Shown one piece after another: positions 50,928-64,000 of a DNA stretch of 64,000 bases. The position numbers and the translations under genes were made by a program. A model generated the notes under the pieces. It saw only the letters and a program-made list of their open reading frames with translations, was not told the origin of the DNA and did no database searches. The stretch lies in NCBI RefSeq assembly GCF_963921235.1, contig NC_086108.1:56360001-56424000 (forward strand). The letters run 5' to 3'. Source of the stretch: Mobula hypostoma. Its lineage: Eukaryota. The number at the start of each line of letters is the position of its first letter. Within the stretch, counting starts at the first letter, position 1.

Positions 50928-51208
50928 ATTTATTTATTAAGATACAGTGCAGAATAGCCCCTTCTGGCCCTTCAAGCAACGTCGCCCAGCAATCTTCAGA
51001 TTCAATCTTACCCTAATCATGGGACAATTTACAAAGACCAATTAACCTACTAACTGCTATGTTTTTGCACTGTGGGAGAAACTCGGAGCACCTGGACAAA
51101 ACCTACGCTGTCTCAGAGAGAACGTACAAACTCCTTACAGGCAGTGGCAGGAATTAAACCCTGGTGGCCAGTAGTGTAAAGTGTTGTGCTAACCACTATA
51201 CTCCCGTG
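50928..51208 (-). mobile_element. V-SINE inserted in a decayed Rex/Babar-type 3' fragment (about 50390-51360)
   Basis: Similar to 46380-46672. Flanks show TLTNFYRCVVESILT remnants and a (TTTGAAC)n tail on the minus strand. Confidence 0.7.
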
Positions 51209-51889
51209 CTGTTCTTTTTTCGTAAGATTTTCCATTCAAAGACATTGACGTTTCCATACCAGGTTGTAATGTCAATATACTCTCAACTACACATCTATAA
51301 AAGTTTGTCAAAGTTTTAGATGTCATGCCTAATCTCATTAGGAATTTGAGGAGATTTGGTATGTCATCAAAGACTAGCAAATTGCTACAGATATACTGTT
51401 GAGACAGGTTGCATTATAGTCTACTGCAAAGACACTTTCAAGGAACCATATATTTCAATTTCTAGGTATCTCAACACTGCTTAGGGCCTTACCATTCACT
51501 GTGAAATCCTTACCCTCATTTACCTTCTTAAAATGCAACATCTTGCACTTAACAAAACCTACACAGTTCAGGAACAGTTATTACCCTTCAAAAATCAGGC
51601 TCTTGAACCTAAGGGTTCACTCAACTTCACTTGTCCCATCACTGAGTTGCTCCCACAACCTATGGACTTAATTTCAAGGACTCTTCATCTCATGTTCTCA
51701 ATATTATTTATTTATTTTCCCCCCCTTTCTCTTTGTATATGCACACTGGTTGTCTGCCCTGTTTATGTGGTATTTCATTTCATTGATTGCATCATGGTTA
51801 TGGAAATTATTGAATATGCCCAGAAGAAAATGAGTCTTGGTTGTATAGGGTGACATATGTGCTTTGATAATAAATTTACTTTGAACTTT

Positions 51890-52335
51890 ATTTGATATTC
51901 CTCAGCCCACTCACCCAGCTGTTCAAGATCCTTCTGTAAATTCTGATAATCATTTTCACTGCCCTGGATAACATCTATTTTAGTGTCATCTGGACACTTA
52001 CTAACCATGCTTTGTACAGTCTCAGCCGAATCACTGATATAGATGACAAACGGTAATGAGCCTAGCATCAACCCCTAAGGAACCCACCAGTCATCAGCTT
52101 CAGTCCAAAAAAACAACCCTCTAATTCCTACCATCAAGCCAATTGTGTAAACAATTAACCAGCTCTCCATGTACGCCATGCATTCTGACTTTCTATTGCA
52201 GCCTTCCATGCAGAATCTTAAAGGCCTTACTTAAATCCATATAGACTAGGTTTGCTTCGTTGACTTCCTTTGTTAAAAAAACTCAACATAATTCATGAGA
52301 AGTGATCTCCCACCAAAGCTGTGCTAACTATCCCG
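51890..52335 (-). mobile_element. Old CR1 RT fragment
   Basis: LGSLPFVIYISD...SKCPDDTK...LQKDLEQLGEWA. Confidence 0.75.
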
Positions 52336-53689
52336 ACCAGGTAAATGGGTAACTGTCATGAGAGGAAAGGGAAATGGGCAGACAGTACAGAGTACCCCAG
52401 TGACCAATCCCCTTAATAATGTACTTAGAATACTGTTGAGGAGGACAACCTACCCGGGGGAGAGGTTATCCACAGTGACCGGGTATCTGTCTGGTGCTGT
52501 GGCTCAGAAGGGAAGGAGAGAGAGGAAGCCTGCAGTAGTTACAGGGGTTCTCAAACTTACAGGAGTGGACACAAGATTCTGTGGACATAACAGATACAAC
52601 TGGATGGTATGTTGTCTCCCAGCTGTCAAAGTCAGGGACATCTCAAATCAGGACCATGACATTTTAAAGGGGATGGTGAGCAGACTGAAGTCTTGGTACA
52701 TATTGGCACCAATGACATATGTAACACACTGTAAGGGTTCACTGCTAATGTAATGGTTTTTTGTAATGTTCACTGCTGAAATAATGGTTTCTCTGTAGCA
52801 GCAATGTTTAGGTTATGGCTGGAGATAACAGGACTATAGCTGCATGTTAGCCAATCAGAATTTTGTTGCCCTGTCTTGTGATTCTGGAAGCAGTTGATTT
52901 TGCAGGCTTTTGCCAGGGGGAGGAGAGAGATAAAGAGAGAAGCCGTGAATGGAGAGATTTGGTAGACCGCCGGACAGGGTGGACTCGGCGCGGGGGTCCG
53001 AAGGTCGGCGACGCTCGGAGACCGATGGTGGAAGAAGGACTACTGACTGAGGTCCAACTTTGTGCACAGACTGCTTAATAAGATTTGGGCACTTTCTCTT
53101 TTATATTTTGTTTCTCTACTCACCATATAGTCACAGTAAGAGTTATAAAGCTTGATCGTTTAATCACATATTGTGTACTGTTTGTTATTTCAGGGTACTG
53201 ATTTGTAACAGGGGACACATCACGCAGCACCCACCCAAACGAGAATTCTTAAGTTTGGCTGGGCAGGGGGTTATCACCCCCTATATTAAGCTGCTAGGCG
53301 AAGTGAGTGTTACAATTGTGGGGGCTACGTTCAGGATTGATTCCATTGGATACTGTATGATTACCCTGAGTAATGAACCAGTGGGGTAGATATTTGTACT
53401 CTGGATGAATTGTTAATTGCACTATTAAGCACTGTTAAAGTTGCAATTGTGAGTGGAGGTTTGATAAAATGGTGGGCACAGCTCTCATTTTAATGCAGAC
53501 CAGGGCTGAGGTAGCTAGGGGCGGGGATTTCAAAGACAGGATTCTATCATTTGAGGAGTGAGGGGAAAGAGTGGTCGGATTTGGAATGTCTAATTAGTCC
53601 ACGTCCCCCAGTGAAGAGTGAGAATTCTGAGGTAGTACCGCCCTTACTTCTCTGGCAAATAAATGGAAAAATCAGAGTCAAAGTCCCAG

Positions 53690-54535
53690 CTACGGCAGGC
53701 TCCGCCGATTCTCTGGAATAACGCCCACCCCTAAAGGGGAGGAGGAGTATGAGACGTGGGCGGAACAAACCTCTCCGTTGTTAGGTGAGTGGCAGTGTTC
53801 AGATGATGAAATGCGACAGAGATTGGTTGAGAGTGTGAATGGGTGGGCCGCTGACATTATCAGAACTGTTAGGTTAAATTATCCCATACTGACAGCTACC
53901 AATTATCTGCAAGCACTGGACAATGCTTTTGGTCCGACTGGAAGCCCAAGGGAGCTCCTGGTAGGGTTTCAAAACATGCATCAGGAGAGGGGGGAGAAGC
54001 CTTCTGCCTTATTTTTCGGCTAGAGAGGTAGCTAAATTGCTTACGGTGCAGAGGGGTCATTCAGGCGGCTGAGGTGGATCAGTGAAGAATGGACCAGATA
54101 GCCAGGGGTGCCCAGTCCCATGACCGGATTACGTGGGGTCTCCGACAGTCTCGTAAGACACGCCCTCCTCCATTTTTTGTTGAGCTGATCAGAGAGGTAT
54201 GGGAAGAGGAGAACATGGCGGAAGCGTGGGAGGACTCAGTCAGCAGGGTACAGTCCTCGGTAGTAGTCCCCTGTGGTGAAGTGACCACAGATAGCCTACC
54301 CCGGGGAGCGGTAGAGGAGATTGTGATTGTGGCAGAGCTGAGAACAGAGATACGTCGGCTGTTATCAGCGGGTGTGACCCCCCCCATATGATGGAGCTGA
54401 TGGGGGGGGCGGATTCCCCAAGGGGACGAACAATGCGGAGGGCTGCTGGCAACAGGTGTCACAGCAGAAGGAGAGTGAGCCCCCTGGGTACCTCAGCAGG
54501 GAGAGTCGTTGGGAAAACTTAGAGGGGACCCAGTG
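53690..54535 (+). pseudogene. PNMA/Ma-like gag remnant
   Basis: GEEEYETWAEQ...EWQCSDDEMRQRLVESV.G.A.DII...YLQALDNAFG...F....QERGEKPS, resembling the PNMA capsid-domain pattern. Confidence 0.75.
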
Positions 54536-54666
54536 AGGAAACGGCCTGATGTCTCTGGGGGAGCATGTTCCCAGCAATGTACCAAGGAACTCCCGAAAGT
54601 GAAAGACCTTATTCCTGAAGGCTTAGTGGGACCGCGCTCCAGTGTGTCGCTACGGATAGAGGATAT

Positions 54667-57600
54667 TTGGGTATTTACGCTAAAGCCATACTCGACACCG
54701 GGTCACAGGTCACATTACTGTACCATTCGTTTTACAACTGGTATCTGAAGCATTTACCCTTGACACCATTCAGTGCACTGGAGATTTGGGGTCCCGGTGC
54801 TGGTGATTATCCATACGACGGTTATTTGTCGGTGAAACTGGAGTTCTCGGAGGCCAATGTGGGAGTGTCTGAGGTCCTTGATACAGTGGTGCTGGTTTGT
54901 CCGGACCCTGTTGAGACGGGTAGCGTTTCAAATCTGGTGGGGACCAACACCCCTCTTGTGAGGAGTCTCATGGGGGCCTGCAAGGAGAAGGCGGGTGAGA
55001 GCTTTTTGGGGACATTCTCCGTGCACCCAGTGTTTCAAGCTACGTTTGAGGAAATACGTGGCAGCATTGGGCCAGATACCGAATTTAAATGAGGGACTGT
55101 GTGGTGCACCCAGTCAAAGCCAATGGTGGTACGGCCCGGGGAAGTAGCGAGAGTGATGGGGACCCCCAAATTTCCCAGAGTGCCTGAGGGCGAAGCCCTC
55201 TTAGTAGACGCTCCGGAAGACCATGAGGGGGAGTTGGGATTTCCTGCTGGGCTACTGGTGAGGCCCGAATTGCAGAAGCCCTCGGTTGTACAGGTAAGCA
55301 GGATGGCAGTGATCATCAGGAACATTATGAAGAGGGAGGTCGCCTTCAAGCCCCTGGTGCATTTGTTCCTGGTGACGATAATGTGTAGTGCCCCCGTGAA
55401 GCATGCTGGGGAGAAACTATTGGAAAAGGGGGGAAAGTTGACTGCTGAGTCATTCGACTTTGGGGACTCCCCGGTACTCCCAGGTTGAAAAAGCAGGCTG
55501 GTAGAGAAGATGTTGAAGCTGGAAGATGTCTTTTCCATTGGCGAGTTTGATGCAGGTTGTTCCAAGAGTACTCATCACACTATCCGGGTAACCGAGGACA
55601 CCCTGGTTAGAGAGAGGTCGCAGCGACTGGCCCCTGCAGACGTGGAAGACATGCGGCAGCATTTGTGTAAGTTGAAGGAAGCTGGGATCATCACTGAGTC
55701 CCAAAGTCCCTATGCGTCCCCAATAGTAGTGGCCCGGAAGAAGAAGGGGAAAGTGCGCATGTGTCTATAGGACTCTGAACAGGCGCACCGTCCCTGACCA
55801 GTATATGGTCGAAGACGTGCGGGACTGTCTGAGTGGTGTGAAGTGGTTTAGTGTGCTGGATTTGAGGAGTGGATATTACCAGATCCCGATGAGTGAGGCC
55901 AACAAAGAGAAAATGATGTTTACATGTCCCCAGGGATTCTTCCAGTTCTAAAGGATGCCCCAGGGCATATCGGCAGCCCCTGCAACCTTCCAGCGGGTCA
56001 TGGAGAAGACGGTGGGGGACATGAACTTGCTTGAGGTGTTGGTGTATTTGGATGACCTCATAGTATTTGGATCCACCTTGGAAGAACATGAAGCGAGGAC
56101 ACCGAAGGTGCTCGGCCGCCTGAAAGCTGAAGGGTTAAAACTTTCCCTGGACAAGTGCCAGTTCTGCCAAACGTCTGTTAGCTATGTCGGACACATAATC
56201 TCATGGGATGGACCCAGCAAAGATAGAAGTGGTGACCACTTGGCCGAGGCCCCAGACTGGGAGCGCTCTGCGCTCGTTCCTTGGGTTCTGTGGTTATTAT
56301 CGGAGATTTGTGAAGGGCTACGCCAAAGTGAGTCACCCCTTGAACCAGCTTCTGTGCAGTTACCCTCCCTTGAGGAAGAAAGGGAGGGGGAAAAGGACAG
56401 GAGGGTGGAGAATATCTAAACCCGTTGGAGCCCTTTAGACAGAGGTGGGATGTAAAATGTGAGGAGGCATTTCAGTCGCTGAAGGAGTTGCTGACCCAGG
56501 CCCCGGTGCTGGCTTTTGCGGACCCCTGATTGCCGTATGAACTGCACACAGATACCAGCCGAGAGGGTTTAGGGGACGTCCTGTATCAGGATTAGGGCAC
56601 CGGGTTGAGGCCTGTGGCGTTTGTCAGCCAGAGTTTGTCACCCTCCGAAAGAAACTATCCCACACACAAGTTGGAATCCCTGGCGTTGAAATGGGTGGTG
56701 GTGGATAAGCTGAGTGACTATCTCTACGGGGCCAAGTTTGAGGTGAGGATGGACAACAACCCCCTAACTTATATCCTGACCTCGGCGAAACTGGATGCCA
56801 TAGGCCATCGGTGGTTGGCAGCGTTGTCCACCTATGATTTCAGCCTGAAGTACCGGCGGGAAGCCGGAACATTGATGCAGATGCTTTGTCCCGACAGGCG
56901 TATGAGGGACTGGACATGGACAAGGAGTGGGAGAGCGTTCCTGCCCCTGGGGTGAAGGCCATGTGTCAGTTTGCCATCATCGTGAAGGCAGAGGAAAAGG
57001 AGAGGTCGGATCGAGCAGTGGATCAATTGGGGGCTTCTGATGATGCCATACCCCAAGTTTACTGTAACCTGACTGCCCTGAAGACAAATCAGCTGCCGGA
57101 ATTGAGTTCTGGGGAAGTGGCAGCTGCTCAGCAAGATGATCTGGGCATTGGCACTATTTGGTCAGCAGATGAAAAGGGAGACATGGCTCAGGTGGAGAAG
57201 ACAAAACACGCTTCAGTGCCTCCATTACTGAAAGAATGGCCTCAGTTGGAGTTGAAGAACCAGATCTTATACCAGGTCATGTCACCCCCGGACTGACCTT
57301 GGCGTTGCCAGCTGGTTCTGCCCAAGAAGTATCGGAGGATTGCATTGAAGTCACTTCATGATGATTCTGGACATCTGGGGGTGGAAAAGACCTATGGATT
57401 GCTCAGAGACCGGTTTTACTGGCCCCAAATGAAGTTGGAGGTTGAAGAATACTGAAAGTCATGCATTTGCTGCATACGGCGGAAGACACTGCCTACACGG
57501 GCAGCTCCTTTGTCCCACTTGCAGAGTGCAGGGCCCCTGAACCCGGTGTGTATGGATTTCCTATCCATAGAACCCAATACCAGCAATACAGCAAATGTCT

Positions 57601-58572
57601 TAGTCATCACGGACCACTACACCAGATTTGCTCAGGTTTTTCCCACCAAGGACCAGAGGGCAACTACGGTGGCAAAAGTGTTATGGGAGAAGTATTTAGT
57701 TTAGTGTGGCCTTCCCAGGCGGATACATAGTGACCAGGGATGGGACTTCGAGAGCAGACTCATGTATGTGTTACTAGGCGTGCTTGGAGTTGAGAAGTTG
57801 AGGACCACGCCCTATCACCCACAGGGCGACCCCCAGCCTGAGAGATTTAATTGGACCTTGCTAGACATGCTCTGGACTCTGGAGATCAGCAAGGAGAGCA
57901 GGTGGAGTCAACATATTGGGCATCTGGTTCACTGTTAAACTGTACACGAAATAAAGCTACTGGATACTCGCCATATTATCTGATGTTTGGGCGCGAGGCG
58001 AGGCGAGGTTGCCCATTGACCTTTGTTTTAGGACTGACAAGGGTGACTTACCACCGAAGTCTTATCTGAAGTATGTGTCTGATATGAGGAGGGAGATGAA
58101 AAGGGCTTATGAATTGGCTGGGGTTGCGGGCGCCAAGCAGAATCAAGGAAATAGGAGGAGGTACGATCAAAAAGTGAGGTTCTCCCAACTCCTGCCGGGA
58201 GACCGAATCCTCATAAGGAATTTGGGGCTACCTGGAAAGCACAAGTTGGTTGACTGCTCGGTGGCCACACCCTATGTGATGGAGAGTCAGATGCCAAACC
58301 TACCGGTTTTCTGGGTGAGACCAGAGGTGGGGAAGGGGCCTGTCAACATTCTCCATCCGAACCACCTGTTGCCCCTGGGAAAAGAGGTGCAGGTAGACCC
58401 AGAGCCTGACTTGGAGCCAACACCTAGTAAGAGGACTCCGCGAAAACGCAGGGCAACTGTAGGGCCCACAGCAAGAGAGGCTGGGCCAGACCCTGCCATG
58501 AGAAGGATACTGATTCGGAGGATGATGATCTGGATGTGTGGTACATGCTGCCATTCACTAACTCCCCATTGA
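54667..58572 (+). pseudogene. Gypsy pol (PR-RT-RH-INT), multiple stops and frameshifts
   Basis: Fragment ORFs 54667-55092, 55510-55770, 55955-56419, 56605-56955, 57510-57704 and 58009-58572. Confidence 0.9.
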
Positions 58573-61500
58573 TTGAGGCAGAGACTCCTGGCCCTTCTCC
58601 ACTGAGTCAGGTGAGGTGGGGGGGGGGGCTATCTGTGGGCAGCCTGGGTTACAGCAGGACCCTGAAGGAGAGAAAGCGGTGCCTGGACACGGGACAGAGG
58701 GCTCCGAGTTGCCGGGGGGCATGAGTGATAGATCGAGGGAGGATTCGCCAAGTAGGCCCGAAGTATCCCCAGTAGCGTCTGAGCTTGAAGAGTTAGGTGA
58801 GGCGGTATGGAGGTCTCAAAGAATTAGGAGACTACCTGATAAATTGGCCTATGTAGAGCCTGGGGAACAGGGCATGATCTCTACTGCTTCAGGGAGCTAT
58901 GTCACTGTCTTTTGCACCTGGATTGGGCTTTGTGTTTTGCAGGAAGGGTTGGCAAACTATCTCAACGTCATGAGGACGACTAAATTTGGTGGGGGAAGAG
59001 TGAAATGCGCTGTAAGGGTTCACTGCTAATGTAATGGTTTCTTGTAATGTTCACTGCTGAAGTAACGGGTTCTCTGTAGCAGCAATGTTTGGGTTATGGC
59101 TGGAGATAACAGGACTATGGATGCATGTTAGTCAATCAGGATTTTGTTGCCCTGTCTTGTGATTCTGAAAGCAGTTGATTTCGCGGGCTTTTGCCAGAGG
59201 GAGACAGAGAGAGAGAGATGAAGAGAGAAGACACGAATGGAGAGATTTGGTAGACCGCCAGACGGGGTGAACTCAGAGCGGGGGTCTGAAGGTTGGCGAC
59301 GCTCGGAGGAGACCAATAGTGGAAGAAGGACTACTGAGTGAACTCCAACCTTGTGTACAGACTGTTTAATAAGATTTGGGCACTTTCTCTTTTATATTTT
59401 GTTTCTCTACTCACCATATAGTCTCAGTAAGAGTTATAAAGCTTAATTCTTTAAACACATATTGTATACTGTTTGTTATTTCGGGGTACTGATTTGTAAC
59501 AGAGGACAAATCCACCCAAACGAGATTTCTTAAGTTTGGCCAGGCAGGGGGTTATCACCCCCTATGTTAAGCCGCTAGGCGAAACGAGTGTTACACATAG
59601 ATAGAAAAAGCAAGGAGATCTTGAAGAGAGAATTTAGGGAGCTGGGTAGTAAGCTGAAGAACAGGAGGGCCAACAGGAGGAGATGCACCAGTGAGGGTAA
59701 GAATAACATGATCTGGCAGATGAATGTGTGGTTGAGAAACTGGTACAGGGGGCAAGGTTTCAAATTTCTGAATCATTTCTGAAGGTGCTGTATTTGAATG
59801 CACATAGCATGTGGAAAAAGGGAGATGAACTTGCAGTGCAGTTAGAGATAGGCAGGTATGACATCATGTGCATCACTGAGTCGTGGCTAAAAGAAGATTT
59901 TAGTTGGGGACTTAACATCCAAGGATACACATTGTATCAAAATGACAGGCAGATAGGCAGAGTAGGTAGGGTGGTTCTGTTGGTAAAAAATGAAATCAAA
60001 TCCTTAGAAAGAAGTGACATAAGATCAGAAAATGTAGAATCTTTGTAGGTAAAATTAAGAAACTGCAACAGTAAAAAGACTGATGGGAGTTACATACAGG
60101 CCTCCAAACAGAAGCCAGGATGTGGGCTACAAATTACAATGGGAGATGTAAAAGGCATGTTAAAAGGGCAATGTTACAATAGTCATGTGGTATTTCAATA
60201 GGCAGGTAGATGGGAAAATCAGGTTGTTGCTGGATCTCAAGTAGAGAATTTGTAAAGCAGCTTGTAGTTAAGCGCATAAGGGAATCATTATTCTGCATTG
60301 CATGTTGTATAATGAACCGGATTTGATTAGGGAGCTTAAAGAAAAGGAACATTTAGGAGGCAGTGATCATAAAATGTTAGAATTTACCCTGCAAATTAAG
60401 AGGGAGAAACTAAAGTCAGATGTTTCAGTATTACAGTGGAGTAAAGGGACGAGGGAGGAGCCAGCCAAAGTTGGTTGGAAGGGAACACTAACAAGGATGA
60501 CAGCAGAGCTGCAATGGCTGGAATGTCTGGGAGCAATTCGGAAGGTGCAGGAAAGATACATCGTAAAGAATAAGAAGTATCTAAAGGCAGGATGACACGG
60601 CCATGGCTGTCAAAACCAACAAAAAAAAAATCAAAATAGAGGGCATATAATAGAGCAAACAGTAGTGGGAAGTTAGAGGATTGGGAAGCTATTAAAAACC
60701 AACAGAAGGCAACTGGAAAACCACAAGGAGCAAAAAGCTGAAATATGAAGGTAAGCTAGCCAATAAAATCAGTGAGGATACCAAAAGCTTTTTCAGATAT
60801 AAAGAGTAAAAGAAAGGCGCAATTAGATATAGGACTGCTGGAAAATGATGCTGGAGAATTAGTAATGGGGGACAAGGAAATGGTGGACAAAAAGTATTTT
60901 TTCATCAGTCTTCACTATGGAAGGCACTAGCAGTATGCCAAAAGTTTGAGTGTCAGGGGGCAGAAGAGATTGCAGTTTCTACTATTGGGGAGAAGATGCT
61001 TGGGAAACTGAAAGGTCTCAGGGTAGACAAGTCACCTGGATCAGATGGACTACACCTCAGGGTTCGAAAGAGTAGCTGAAGAGATTGTGGAGGCCTTAAG
61101 AATGATTTTTCAAGGATCAATAGATTCTGGCATGGTCCCAGCGGACTGGAAAATTACAAATCTCACTCCACTCTTCAAGAAGGAAGGGAGGCAGAAGAAA
61201 ATAAATTATAGGCCAGTTGGCCTGACCTCAGTGGTTGGGAAGGTGTTGGAGTCAGTTGTTAAGGATATGGTTTTGGAGTACCCCGAGGCACATGACAAAA
61301 TAGGCCGCAGTCAGCATGGTTTCCTTAAGGAAAAATCTCGCCTGATAATTCTTTGAGGAAATAATGAGCAGGATAGACAAAGGAAAATTGGTGAATGTTG
61401 TGTACTTGGGTTTTCAGAGGCCTTTTACAAGGTACCACAGACTTTACAATATAATTGTCCATGGTATTACAGGAAAGATACTAGCATGGGTAGAGCATTG

Positions 61501-64000
61501 GCCAACTGGCAAGAGGCAAAGTGTAGAAATAAAGGGATCCATCTCTGATTGGCTGCTGGTGACCAGATCTTGGTACTGGGACTGCTTCCTTTTACATTGT
61601 ATGTCAACGATGGAATTGATGGTTTTGTGGCCAAGTTTGCAGATGACACGAAGATAGATGGAGGGGCAAGTAATGTTGAGAAAACAGGGAGACTGCATAT
61701 GGACTTAGATTAGGACTCTGGGCAAAGAGGTGGCAGATGGAATAGAGTGACAGGAAATGCGTGGTCATGTACTTTGATAGAAGGAATAAAGGCACAGAGT
61801 ATTTTCTAAATGGAGAGAAAATTCAAAACTCCGAGGTGCTAAGGGACTTGAAAGTCCTTATGCAGTATTCTCTAAAAGTTAATTGGCAGGTTGAGTCTGT
61901 GATAAGGAAGGAAAATCACAATGTTAGCATTCATTTCAAGAGGATCAGAATATAAAAGCAAGGATGTAATGCTGAGACTTTATACGGCACTAGTGAGGCA
62001 TCACTTAGGGTACTGTGAGCAGTTTTAGGCCGCTTATCTAAGAAAGGATGTGCTGACATTGGAGAGAGTGCAGAGGATATTCATGAGAATGATTCCAGGA
62101 ATGAAAGGCTTATCGTATGAGGAGTAATTGATGGCTCTGGTCCTGTACTCACTGGAAGTTAGAAAAATGAGGGGGGATCTCATCGAAACCTATCAGATAT
62201 TGAAAAAGCCTAGATAAGAGTAGATGTTGAGAGGAAGTTTCTTATGGTGGGGGAGTCTTGGGCCAGAGGACACAGCCTCAGAATACAGGGATATTCATTT
62301 AGAACAGAGATCAGGAGGTGGTGAATCTGTGGAATTTGTTACCACAGGTGGCTGTGAAGGCAGTCATTGGCTGTATTTAAGGTGGAGGTTGAAAGGTTTT
62401 TAATTAGTCAGGGTGTGTAACATTACAGGGAGAAGACAGGAGAATGGGGTTGAGAGAGAAATGGATCAACCATGATGAAATGATAGAGCACACAATGGGC
62501 CAAAAAATGCCCTAATTCTGCTCTTACGTCTTATGGTGTTTCAAATGTATGCAGAGCTTATCTCTCAAAATTCCCTTCAGTGACCTATCTATTGTAAGTG
62601 TTAGGCTGAATGTCCTACTTCTGCTTCTATACCTTATGGTCTCATGGAATGCTCATGATCATACTGGTTTTCCAACTACCCCTCTAGATCTGCGTCTGTT
62701 GAGTTACCGCAATGGGTTTTCTTTTACTCACAGCATGTGCACCTCTAGCACTAATTTGAATTTTCTAACTTCTTCCAACATCATTACCGTGCCAGTACCT
62801 CTTCAAATACAAGCTGCAGGATATTTAAGACCTTTGCCAGAAATAGGCTCATTGCAAAGCCCAAGGTGAAATGATTCATATCACAGCAATGAAATATATA
62901 ATGAAATTACCTTTGCTCAATAAATGCTTTAATTCAGCAATAAACTGTTTCTCCAAGCAAATATCTGCAGGTTTCAATATTTTAACTTTACATAATTATT
63001 AGATTAAATGACCCTATAATATTGCATTAACTGCATTGAACAAGAGACTACCGATTCTGCAACCAGAACAAAATACAAAGTGCTGGAATAACTCAGCAGT
63101 TTGAACAGCATCTAGAGGGGGAAAACAATTTTGTCCTTTTGCATAAGTTGCAAGCAGATAGGTTTACAGGACCCAACATTCCAGGCTGGTTTTCCTCAGA
63201 AGAATGATCCATTCTTGGATAGCTTTGTTATCACTATCAATAATTCCAGTTTCCTCTGCAATGTTCTTGGCATGAAAGAGCCACCAGGTTCAGATTCAGG
63301 TTATTATCCCTCAACCATCAGGCTCTTGAACAGGAGGGGATAACTTCACTCATCACAACACTCCTCCACACTTATGGGCTCACTTTTACGGACTCTTCAC
63401 CTCATATTCTTGATGTTTATTACTTCTTTTTTCTTTTTTTATTTGCACCGTTTATTGTCTTTGGTTGTTCCTCTATCATTGTTGTTGTACATTTGTTGTC
63501 GTCTATCTTGTTGTATGCAGTCCTTGTTTGATTCTATTGTATTTCTTTGTATTTACCATGAATGCCTGCAAGAAATGAATTTCAGGGTTGTATATAGTGG
63601 CATACATGGACCTTGATAATAAATTTATTTTGAACTTTGTGAAGTTCTGTGCCTTTCAAATAGATAAAAAACATCTCTCACATTTTCAATTATTCACTGA
63701 GCCGAGCAGACATAAGCACCCTGAATCTGGTTTGCCATGTTTTCTGGAGTTCTGTTTGTTGCTGTGTTTCTCTAAAAATGTACCCTTTGGGATTTGGTAT
63801 GCTTTTCATATATCTCTCTAAGGTTTCCTAATGACTCCATCTCATTTTCTCCTATGCCATCCTTGTCAGAAATCTAATGTCGGAGTTCTTTATGTGATCC
63901 TGTAGATGAGCAACTGATCAGATTCATGAACCAGTAGATCAGCACAGCATGATTGTTTATCCCCAAGTGCTCCAAAGACGTTATTTCAACCAATAGTCGA

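Larger units (their letters stand above)
52720..59595 (+). mobile_element. Ty3/Gypsy LTR retrotransposon with PNMA-like Gag, full-length but degenerate
   Basis: 595-bp LTRs at 52720-53314 and 59001-59595, 4-bp TSD CATA. tRNA-Pro-like PBS TGGGGGCTACGTTCAGGAT; PPT GGGGGAAGAG. Domains PR (LDTGSQV), RT (YLDDLIV), RH (ERNYPTHKLE), INT (CMDFL). Confidence 0.95.
52336..62536 (+). mobile_element. Decayed near full-length CR1 (ORF1 esterase to 3'UTR), split by the Gypsy insertion
   Basis: ORF1 remnants at 52336-52719 continue at 59600 (HIGTNDI|DRKSKEILKREFRELG). ORF2 remnants run from about 59780 (LNAHS, ITESWL, SDH, NYRPVGLTS) to a 3' end at about 62536. Confidence 0.88.

Noticed and set aside
58536..59000. 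Extra ORF after integrase as a possible env gene
   Set aside because: Low-complexity Pro/Glu-rich pol tail with an RRSQR-type motif common in Gypsy elements. No signal peptide or fusion protein features.
62911..62964. AG...GTAATT-bounded 54-nt segment as a possible upstream DNAI4 exon
   Set aside because: Its only open frame ends in phase 1, but the exon at 48143 needs phase 2. The polypyrimidine tract is poor. The first exon remains unlocated.

Overview
This is eukaryotic (vertebrate) genomic DNA. The repeat landscape (CR1 LINEs, V-SINEs, Penelope-like elements, Rex/Babar and RTE LINEs) fits a cartilaginous fish; that assignment is inference. The backbone is one minus-strand gene, DNAI4/WDR78 (axonemal dynein intermediate chain). 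I traced 11 consecutive coding exons (48143 down to 5617) with GT-AG sites and matching phases. The first exon was not found, and the 3' exons lie beyond position 1. The introns are filled with transposons, often nested: (1) a young CR1 with an esterase ORF1 and an unbroken 682-codon ORF2; (2) a CsRn1-type Gypsy with a CHCC Gag, a tRNA-Trp PBS and a G GGA AAC frameshift site; (3) a PNMA-like-Gag Gypsy inserted in a CR1 ORF1, plus a related solo LTR; (4) a three-level DNA-transposon nest; (5) many Penelope-like termini carrying minimal hammerhead ribozyme motifs, one with an intact core. A degenerate HDV-like ribozyme candidate lies in a non-autonomous RTE element. I found no convincingly new protein-coding system; the best leads are the ribozyme-bearing elements and the unusual transposon families.
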